Source of the DNA: a virus
Virus record (IMG/VR): IMGVR_UViG_3300022562_001814
Location: 168,738 to 200,737 of that record
Strand: one strand, 5' to 3'
Length of the DNA: 32,000 bases
Below, one piece after another: positions 24,554 to 31,331 of this stretch. The translations under genes were made by a program, and so were the position numbers. The notes under the pieces are model-generated. The model was given only the letters and a program-made list of their open reading frames with translations. It ran no database searches and was not told the DNA's origin. The stretch's first letter is position 1; each line of letters opens with the position of its first letter.

Positions 24554-25114
24554 TCAGCCTGTAGAACCAAATCCACCCGTTCTCCGTTCAGCATCACGTT
24601 GTTCACAATCACTATTATATTCTTGATTTGATATTTCTAGCACCCGCATTTCTTGTCGTTCAATTGGTATTATTTGTCCTATAGCATCGCCAAAATTAAT
24701 AACTAAATCAGCCAAAGAATTAGATATTATTAAGCTAACTTTGTCCCTAAACTCAAATTCATTTTCATACACTAATTCTTGCATATCAAATGTTGGAATA
24801 TATTGACAAGCAAAAACCAATTCTCCCTCATATGTTTCATCAATAGTTCCATATAAAGCGTGTAAAAATTTTTTACCAAAGGTAGATGATCTTGGTTTCA
24901 ATTCATACCACCAACCATCAGGACAAAATCCACGAAACCCAAGAGGTATTTTGGCATGTTGGAATGGTTTTAATATTAATGACTGTCTGTCTGGCATCGC
25001 TGCTCTAACGTCCCATCCTGTAGCTTTTGGTTCTGCTTTAGTTGGTAAAAATTGTTTCTCTTCTTTTAAATCTTCGCGTAATGCAAATTTGTAGGTTGGA
25101 ATTAAATTGCTCAT
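24554..25114 (-). CDS. dut: trimeric dUTPase with an insertion between motifs 3 and 4
   Basis: Five dUTPase motifs: ATGWDVRA, KPRSST, GTIDETYEGEL, AIGQIIP, RRTGGFGSTG. SD GAGGAACACACT precedes the ATG. Confidence 0.85.
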   Translation of the reverse strand: MSNLIPTYKFALREDLKEEKQFLPTKAEPKATGWDVRAAMPDRQSLILKPFQHAKIPLGFRGFCPDGWWYELKPRSSTFGKKFLHALYGTIDETYEGELVFACQYIPTFDMQELVYENEFEFRDKVSLIISNSLADLVINFGDAIGQIIPIERQEMRVLEISNQEYNSDCEQRDAERRTGGFGSTG

Positions 25115-25131
25115 AGTGTGTTCCTCAAGCG

Positions 25132-25140
25132 ATTATATCA
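25132..25140 (-). promoter_or_regulatory. extended -10 promoter element TGATATAAT upstream of the dut operon
   Basis: Minus-strand TGATATAAT, then about 17 nt containing GAGGAA, then the ATG at 25114. Confidence 0.35.
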
Positions 25141-25206
25141 ATGAAATCAATTTTAATATTTTGATAATTCATTTTAACTTTCAGCATAACATTGTATATT
25201 GTAGAA

Positions 25207-25554
25207 ATGGTTAATCTGGCTGCTCCTCCTGCTATTATATTTGTAAATGCAGATCTCAGCGATAATGTTAAAGCAGCGGTTCAACGTCAATTGTTTATAA
25301 ATGAAACTATAACTGGTTCTGAATTTGATTCACGTATTAGTGTAGATTCTAATTATCCTCAAGAAGTGCATGGCAATGGTTTAAGAATATTGGTAATCCG
25401 TTCTTTCGATGATTATACAAATAGAGATTTGGCAGATATTGTTTTATTTATAAAAGCCGGGCTTGCAGCTGTCGAACAAAATAAATATGGTCCACCAGGG
25501 CAAACTTTCCAAGTAGACCATATGTACCCCAGTCAACTATTTCATACTTCTTAA
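25207..25554 (+). CDS. hypothetical protein
   Basis: First ATG of the ORF, since the track start at 25192 is TTG. Single + strand gene between two - strand units. Confidence 0.55.
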   Translation: MVNLAAPPAIIFVNADLSDNVKAAVQRQLFINETITGSEFDSRISVDSNYPQEVHGNGLRILVIRSFDDYTNRDLADIVLFIKAGLAAVEQNKYGPPGQTFQVDHMYPSQLFHTS

Positions 25555-26450
25555 TTAATTGATGCCTGTTGTATCGAATCTGATTGTATTGCTGTTTTTG
25601 ATTCTTCAATAAGTTCTGATACTTTTTCTATATCCTCTATGTTTTTCATTTCATAATCTTGAATAATGGCTGAAACATATTTTAATGTATCTTTTGCTTC
25701 TTCAATATTAATGAATTCATTTGCACTGGCGCCATAACTATTATGATAACCACATGTCATATTAACAGCTTCTCGACATTTATTATTAGATCTAATAGCA
25801 AGTACGTCTGTTAATAATCCACGAACAGTATATCTGGGTAAACCAATTTCTTTAGAAATATTAATTAATCGTTTGGCAGTGCTATCACTACATAGTCTTA
25901 CTCCAGAAATACTTGTCACCAGTTGGTTGCTATTATTCCCTCTATCAACTTGAATTAATAAATCAAAATCATTTAATTCATCTAATGACAAATAATCTGC
26001 TGAAATCGCGCCAATTTCTTCGTCTGTTGTGAATAATAATGCCATATCATAGCCGGTATTTAATGCAATCCAAGTATTGATAGCAACACCTAAACGATCA
26101 TCGCCACCAACTTGAACTTTATTATTTTCATCTTGAATAATACGAGTTTTTTTATCAAAGATTGTTGATATTTCTTTAATAACGGGCTTGGCTTTCTGAT
26201 GTATTTGGCTTCTATAGCTATGATCACGGCAGACATCAGTATGTGCTACAAGACAGGTTCTAGGGGAATTGCCGCGAACAGCTAATAAATTACGAATTGT
26301 TTTATATTTATCAGGTCGACGAGATGTATAATCATCTTCTTTAATAGAAAAACCTGCCTCAGATAGTTCTTTTTTGAGAAAATCGCGTAAATCCCATTCG
26401 TCTAATTCACAGCATTTAATAATAAAATCTTCAAATAATTCTTCTTTCAT
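25551..26450 (-). CDS. MH-clan metallopeptidase (M42/M28-like)
   Basis: LVAHTDVCRD, GGDDRLGVAI and FTTDEEIGAISA match the H.D / DDR.G / EE.G metal ligand pattern. SD GGAGGCTAAAT precedes the ATG. Confidence 0.6.
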   Translation of the reverse strand: MKEELFEDFIIKCCELDEWDLRDFLKKELSEAGFSIKEDDYTSRRPDKYKTIRNLLAVRGNSPRTCLVAHTDVCRDHSYRSQIHQKAKPVIKEISTIFDKKTRIIQDENNKVQVGGDDRLGVAINTWIALNTGYDMALLFTTDEEIGAISADYLSLDELNDFDLLIQVDRGNNSNQLVTSISGVRLCSDSTAKRLINISKEIGLPRYTVRGLLTDVLAIRSNNKCREAVNMTCGYHNSYGASANEFINIEEAKDTLKYVSAIIQDYEMKNIEDIEKVSELIEESKTAIQSDSIQQASIN

Positions 26451-26469
26451 ATTTAGCCTCCGAGAGGGA

Positions 26470-26497
26470 ATAATAATACTTAAATAATTTTTGTCAA
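26470..26497 (-). promoter_or_regulatory. sigma70-like promoter TTGACA-N16-TATTAT for the M42-like peptidase gene
   Basis: On the minus strand, TTGACA is at 26497-26492 and TATTAT at 26475-26470, followed by GGAGG and the ATG at 26450. Confidence 0.4.
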
Positions 26498-26525
26498 TAG
26501 AGGTATCATAATTTTGTATATTTGT

Positions 26526-27158
26526 ATGAATTTGTTGGCTAAAGCTTCTGCATTTGAAAAATTATGTAATAATCTGGTTAAACGCTCTCAAATAGATCCG
26601 AATAAACCATTTGTATTTAAACAACCGACACCTCAAGCTTCCCTTTCTGGTCCAGTTCCTCATTATTCGGTGTCAACAAGAGTTGGAACAGAACATTGGG
26701 AAAATCCGATTGTTCAGAATTTAGCTAATTTTGCCATAGATTTAATGCAATTTGATTTAACTAAACATCCAGGAATGTCAGTAGATGTGAATGCTGTTCA
26801 TGCAGCAGGCAATGCCTTATATGGAGCTTTTAAAGCATTTCAAAAAGATGCTAAAAAGTTTCCCGAATTATTAAAATCACTTGAAACTGTAGTTTCAATC
26901 ACCAGAGATGGTGGTGGAGAATTAAATTCAAAAGCTAGAAATTTATATGATAATTTGAAAAAATTAACTTCAACTTTTATGCCTAAACCAAAACCTAAAG
27001 CAAAAACAACCCCACAATGGTTGCAACAATATATGACACAAGAAAATGCTGCGGAAGAAGCTCAAAATCAAATAGATTCAATGCAGCAACGACTAAATGA
27101 AGGTCCTGCCGAGTCAATACAACAAGCCTTAAATAGACAAACAGAGCCTCTTATCTGA
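26526..27158 (+). CDS. hypothetical protein
   Basis: First ATG, since the track start at 26514 is TTG. Predicted helical, with a KPKPKAK linker and a Q-rich tail. Confidence 0.65.
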   Translation: MNLLAKASAFEKLCNNLVKRSQIDPNKPFVFKQPTPQASLSGPVPHYSVSTRVGTEHWENPIVQNLANFAIDLMQFDLTKHPGMSVDVNAVHAAGNALYGAFKAFQKDAKKFPELLKSLETVVSITRDGGGELNSKARNLYDNLKKLTSTFMPKPKPKAKTTPQWLQQYMTQENAAEEAQNQIDSMQQRLNEGPAESIQQALNRQTEPLI

Positions 27159-27172
27159 TATATAAAAGGTTT

Positions 27173-27670
27173 GTGAAAAATTCGTTTACTACAATTTCCG
27201 ATTGTTTGAATTATTGGGAATTTTGCCCATTATGTGATAAAAGAAACGAAATTAGTATTAAAACATATACTGATTTAAATAAAACAATTATTACAAACGA
27301 TGAAATTATCGTTTCGAATTATACAACAAATATTATTAATATTAATTTAATGGAAAATAAGTTTCCTAATTTAGAAAATTTAGAATATATTCCACTTTTA
27401 CAGTTATATTGTAAAAGTTTTCATTTTAGTATTCATTATAAGTTTCAGGAACAGCAGTTAGATCTGGAAAAATTATTCTTTTTTATTACAGATAAAAAAA
27501 ATAAATCCAGATATCATATACTATCTGATTATTCTCAAAACAAAACAGACATACAATTATCTTCACAAGAAAAAGCTATTTACGAAACTTCTCGTGAATT
27601 AGTAAATTTTAATTCTTTATCTTCTAAATATATAATTAAACGTATTAGGGCATTATGTTTATTAGATTAG
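27173..27670 (+). CDS. hypothetical protein, member A of the small CxxC / C-terminal-tail family
   Basis: GTG start. N-terminal CPLC. C-terminal KYIIKRIRALCLLD. Confidence 0.6.
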   Translation: MKNSFTTISDCLNYWEFCPLCDKRNEISIKTYTDLNKTIITNDEIIVSNYTTNIININLMENKFPNLENLEYIPLLQLYCKSFHFSIHYKFQEQQLDLEKLFFFITDKKNKSRYHILSDYSQNKTDIQLSSQEKAIYETSRELVNFNSLSSKYIIKRIRALCLLD

Positions 27671-28218
27671 CAACTTATACTACAAGACCATAAATCACAA
27701 AATTTCATTAAATCCTCACAAATAATATCCGATTCTGAATTAACTGAATCGTGCATAATTGCATTATCATTTGTTGAATGATTCAAACCTAATGCATGAC
27801 CGATTTCATGTAATGTTACGGGTGTAAATATACTTAATGAAAGCGCCGGATCCACTTCTATAATGGCTGTTTTCTTTTTAAAATTCCAAGTAGTATATCC
27901 TGCAAATTTTTTATCTGCTGGGGCTCTATTGAAAAAATAAAAAGTATCATTTTCTGCTTCATTTTTAAAACTGTTAGTAGATAAAAACCAGATGTCAAAT
28001 CGTACTTCGTCATGTGTTTTCAGAGACCATTCGGCAAACGCATCAGTTAATAATAATTGTTTTTCTTCAGGCAAGCTATTATCTGCATACACTGTAATTA
28101 TTTTTCCAGCATAGCATTCAACGTCTGGCTTATTAGTAAAAACACAATCTGTTGTTCCATATGCGCAGGATGTGATAATGAATAGTGATAGAATTAAAAA
28201 CGAATATAAATATTTCAC
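27667..28218 (-). CDS. matrixin-like (M10 metzincin) zinc metalloprotease lipoprotein
   Basis: Signal plus lipobox MKYLYSFLILSLFIITSC. Zinc site HEIGHALGLNHS followed by Met-turn AIMH. GTG start. Confidence 0.8.
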   Translation of the reverse strand: MKYLYSFLILSLFIITSCAYGTTDCVFTNKPDVECYAGKIITVYADNSLPEEKQLLLTDAFAEWSLKTHDEVRFDIWFLSTNSFKNEAENDTFYFFNRAPADKKFAGYTTWNFKKKTAIIEVDPALSLSIFTPVTLHEIGHALGLNHSTNDNAIMHDSVNSESDIICEDLMKFCDLWSCSISC

Positions 28219-28247
28219 CTAATAATGCCATATTATGGAATTTTACT

Positions 28248-28811
28248 ATGAGCTGGCAATCGCATTTGACAAACGCTATTATTTTAAAAAATAAAGCACA
28301 AACACTTGAGCAAAATATTAATTTTTCTACGTTATTTAGAAGTAATTTAGAAATTGGTCAACTTGTTTCCAAATTAGAGATGGCAAAAGAAGCTAAAAGA
28401 TTATATAATCAGGCTAAAAGAATTATTGCTCTTTTAATGTCTAGAGATGATAGTGATTTGCCTGATATGCAGAGATTAGAACATACTTTAAATTCGGGTG
28501 TTTTAAGAACCAATGATATGATTAAAATTATTAATTCTAAATTAAGTAAATGGCATTTAGACGAAGAAGAAACTCCCGAAACTGTTGTCATGCCCAAATT
28601 TAAAGATGATATGCCCGAAATAGTACGAACCCCCTCTCACGACGAAGATGATTTTGATATGAGTGCAGCTGAAGATCAAGATTTCGCGATAGATTCTTTA
28701 AGATCAGAAGTTAAACATTCTTTAAAAGCATTATCTAATATTATAGATTATTTAGAAGAACCAACACTTCGTACAATTAAAAAAGAATTACATAAAATCA
28801 TTGGCTATTAG
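28248..28811 (+). CDS. hypothetical acidic protein
   Basis: First ATG. The longer GTG-initiated version would overlap the divergent matrixin gene. Acidic central region. Confidence 0.6.
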   Translation: MSWQSHLTNAIILKNKAQTLEQNINFSTLFRSNLEIGQLVSKLEMAKEAKRLYNQAKRIIALLMSRDDSDLPDMQRLEHTLNSGVLRTNDMIKIINSKLSKWHLDEEETPETVVMPKFKDDMPEIVRTPSHDEDDFDMSAAEDQDFAIDSLRSEVKHSLKALSNIIDYLEEPTLRTIKKELHKIIGY

Positions 28812-28839
28812 TTGACAAAAAGTATACAATATTTATATT
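28812..28839 (+). promoter_or_regulatory. sigma70-like promoter TTGACA-N16-TATATT
   Basis: TTGACA at 28812-28817 and TATATT at 28834-28839. Starts the + strand block. The ATG at 28846 is only 6 nt downstream. Confidence 0.4.
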
Positions 28840-28845
28840 CTTTCT

Positions 28846-29061
28846 ATGAAAAATATTCATACAAAGCTTAATATTATATTATTGGAATATGTTATTGCCA
28901 GAAAGCGATATTATAATCAAAAATTATTAAAGAATTATTCTCTTAAAAAATTAATTAAAGAGAGTTTAAATAGAAAAGAACTGCCAATTTTAAAATATGT
29001 TATTGTTCAGCAATTTCCTGAACACAAGGAATTTTTATTTAAATTTTTATTACTACAATGA
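28846..29061 (+). CDS. hypothetical small basic protein (family-like tail FLFKFLLLQ)
   Basis: ATG lies 6 nt after a sigma70-like promoter. ATGA overlap with the next gene. Confidence 0.5.
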   Translation: MKNIHTKLNIILLEYVIARKRYYNQKLLKNYSLKKLIKESLNRKELPILKYVIVQQFPEHKEFLFKFLLLQ

Positions 29062-29423
29062 ATAAGCCTCTCATCAATAAGTGCCATTTTTGCGATCATA
29101 TAATGTTTTATAATTGTTACGAAAATGGATATAATTTTATTTATTGCAATAATAATTCAAGCTGTATGGGTGTTGGGTATAATAATTTAGATGATATTGA
29201 TATCAAAGAGTTTCATATTTCTTCTGAAAATGGATTGGTATTTAGAGTATATAAATTAGCTGATGGCACTATAAGTAATCATTTATCTTTAAAACATTTT
29301 GATACAACAAGCATTCAAAATATTGAAAATATGTTTACAGTAGATCTAAAAACTATTTTAGATAAACAAGCTTCAAATAAATTATTAAGAAAATTATATA
29401 AATTATCTATGCTATGGGGATAG
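29058..29423 (+). CDS. hypothetical protein, member B of the small CxxC / C-terminal-tail family
   Basis: N-terminal CHFC. C-terminal KLLRKLYKLSMLWG. Confidence 0.6.
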   Translation: MNKPLINKCHFCDHIMFYNCYENGYNFIYCNNNSSCMGVGYNNLDDIDIKEFHISSENGLVFRVYKLADGTISNHLSLKHFDTTSIQNIENMFTVDLKTILDKQASNKLLRKLYKLSMLWG

Positions 29424-29441
29424 TCCTTTTTTTGCATTTAT

Positions 29442-29807
29442 ATGATGCAATTATCAATTTATCAAGTTTATAAACATAAAGAAATTGTTAGGTTTTTAAA
29501 GACGTGCCCTGTTTGCAACTTGTCTGATGAATTATCTATTTGGTCTTCAATGGATAATTCGTTGAGAAAAGGCAAAGAAGGTGTAATTTGTAATCGTTGT
29601 CGGCTGGATCTGTCTTTCATATTTAATATGGATGAAAAAAACGAAATTATTGATGCATATTCTTTAGATTATTGTAAAATGGGAAATCTGGAATTTAAGA
29701 ACAATATCACACAGTTAGCAGTTTATCGAAATAATACGCACATTAAAGATTTAGATAGCAATGTGTTTGATTTTGATAAATATAAAAAATTAATGACTAT
29801 TTATTAA
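29442..29807 (+). CDS. hypothetical protein, member C of the small CxxC / C-terminal-tail family
   Basis: CPVC and CNRC pairs. C-terminal FDFDKYKKLMTIY. Confidence 0.6.
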   Translation: MMQLSIYQVYKHKEIVRFLKTCPVCNLSDELSIWSSMDNSLRKGKEGVICNRCRLDLSFIFNMDEKNEIIDAYSLDYCKMGNLEFKNNITQLAVYRNNTHIKDLDSNVFDFDKYKKLMTIY

Positions 29808-29814
29808 AGTATTT

Positions 29815-29973
29815 ATGGATATCAAAAAATTATACAAACGGGCTTATGATTTTGAACGTAAGGTTCAACAATTAGAAGAATGTAATGATTCTTTATCTAG
29901 CAATGATTGGGATACGCTAGAAATAAAATTAGCTGATAAATACCCACCAAATAAAATTACTGAAAATAAATAA
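29815..29973 (+). CDS. small hypothetical protein (52 aa), below the ORF-track cutoff
   Basis: ATG at 29815 to TAA at 29971-29973 encodes MDIKKLYKRAYDFERKVQQLEECNDSLSSNDWDTLEIKLADKYPPNKITENK. It fills an otherwise empty 184-nt gap. Confidence 0.45.
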   Translation: MDIKKLYKRAYDFERKVQQLEECNDSLSSNDWDTLEIKLADKYPPNKITENK

Positions 29974-29975
29974 TG

Positions 29976-29984
29976 TGATATAAT
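29976..29984 (+). promoter_or_regulatory. extended -10 promoter element TGATATAAT
   Basis: Perfect TGnTATAAT. The ATG of the next gene follows 7 nt downstream. Confidence 0.35.
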
Positions 29985-29991
29985 TATTTGT

Positions 29992-30480
29992 ATGGGTATA
30001 GAGTATTACGCAATTAACACTCAAAATAAAACTTTTTATGATCTTGGGAAGGGCGGTTGGTATGCTCTCACTGACAAAGAAGCTTTTCAAGACGAAGAAT
30101 ATTTGTGTTATGAAATTCTGACCGAATGTTATTTAATGAGCGATGCCGCAGATGATGATTATTGGAAAATACGTTATACTGAACAAGAAAGAAAAGATAT
30201 AGTAGAATATATTAAAAATAGGGTCGCACCTGATCTTTTTCAAATGATGAAAGATACTCCGCCAGACAAAATAAAAATTGTAAATGATTGTGGTGATGAT
30301 ATTATAATTTGTAAAGCAAAACGATATAGATGTGTCGGCACCAGATATTATGAATTAAATAGTGACTCGTATGTAGAAGCTATGAAATCTCTAAATAGGC
30401 ATTTAGAAGATACGCCTATCAATAAAAGATGGTATAATATAGAGAGTTATAAAAATATACCAGGATTCAATGATTATTAA
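29992..30480 (+). CDS. hypothetical protein
   Basis: 162-aa ORF. The ATG lies 7 nt after an extended -10 element. Confidence 0.65.
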   Translation: MGIEYYAINTQNKTFYDLGKGGWYALTDKEAFQDEEYLCYEILTECYLMSDAADDDYWKIRYTEQERKDIVEYIKNRVAPDLFQMMKDTPPDKIKIVNDCGDDIIICKAKRYRCVGTRYYELNSDSYVEAMKSLNRHLEDTPINKRWYNIESYKNIPGFNDY

Positions 30481-30482
30481 AT

Positions 30483-30812
30483 ATGGAAGACAAACAGTTT
30501 TATCATTATATACTCGTGCGTAAAGATTTACCATTCCCAATTCAGATGGTGAATGTTGCTCATGCTGCTGGAGAAAGTATTATTGAAGCTCCTATTCCGA
30601 CTACAACTAAGGCGGTATTACTTCATGTTAAAAATGAAGCGGAATTACTGGAACAAGAAAAACTATTAAAAGATAAAAGTATAGAACACGTTTCAATAAG
30701 AGAACCAGACGCACCCTATGATGGGGCTTTAATGGCAATAGGATTATCTCCATCCACAAGGCGTAATGCTTTGAGGAGATTATTTTATCATTTAGAATTA
30801 GTAAAAGAATGA
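30483..30812 (+). CDS. PTH2-like peptidyl-tRNA hydrolase
   Basis: YHYILVRKDLPFPIQMVNVAHAAGES, AVLLHVKNEAELL and ALMAIGLSP parallel the archaeal/eukaryotic PTH2 pattern (ilVvR.DL..g.G....q..HAa ... vvl.v.de..L ... a.glgP). Confidence 0.6.
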   Translation: MEDKQFYHYILVRKDLPFPIQMVNVAHAAGESIIEAPIPTTTKAVLLHVKNEAELLEQEKLLKDKSIEHVSIREPDAPYDGALMAIGLSPSTRRNALRRLFYHLELVKE

Positions 30813-31099
30813 AAATAGAAAATGTAAGATTATTAAATAAAGGTGTTGGGTTTGAAAGATGGGAATTTATATTAGATAATGTATCTTATATTTATATTAC
30901 TAATCAAACCTATCAGCATTACGCATCTTATACTAATGCAGTAAATAATTTTAAACCTTATACTAGAGTATTTTGTAATTATAATGATGATGGAATTAAG
31001 GTGTCAGATTTAGCAAAAATTCAAAAATTTTTACCTCTTGACATAAATGATCCCGCCAAAGGTATCAAGAAATTTTTTAGTTTAATTTTATTGGAGTGA
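30809..31099 (+). CDS. hypothetical protein, member D of the C-terminal-tail family (no CxxC)
   Basis: ATGA overlap with the PTH2-like gene. C-terminal KGIKKFFSLILLE. Confidence 0.6.
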   Translation: MKIENVRLLNKGVGFERWEFILDNVSYIYITNQTYQHYASYTNAVNNFKPYTRVFCNYNDDGIKVSDLAKIQKFLPLDINDPAKGIKKFFSLILLE

Positions 31100-31104
31100 T
31101 AAAA

Positions 31105-31329
31105 ATGAAAATAGAACAAATTGAAGCAATGAGAGAACGTAGTGGTCATTTTAGTTCAGATTGTAAATTAACTTCTTTTCTTTATAGTTTATTAAGAGAT
31201 CATGTTCAACCTGGAGAGGTAGAAACTATTATGAGTGAATTAGATAATTTTGAGACCACATTTTATACAAATGGTTGGTTAGCAAAATATGCAGAAGATA
31301 TTTCTAAAAGATTACAAAACAAGGAATAA
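31105..31329 (+). CDS. hypothetical protein
   Basis: First ATG, since the track start at 31096 is GTG. Contains SFLYSLLRDHVQPGEVE and TNGWLAKYAEDI. Confidence 0.65.
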   Translation: MKIEQIEAMRERSGHFSSDCKLTSFLYSLLRDHVQPGEVETIMSELDNFETTFYTNGWLAKYAEDISKRLQNKE

Positions 31330-31331
31330 AT

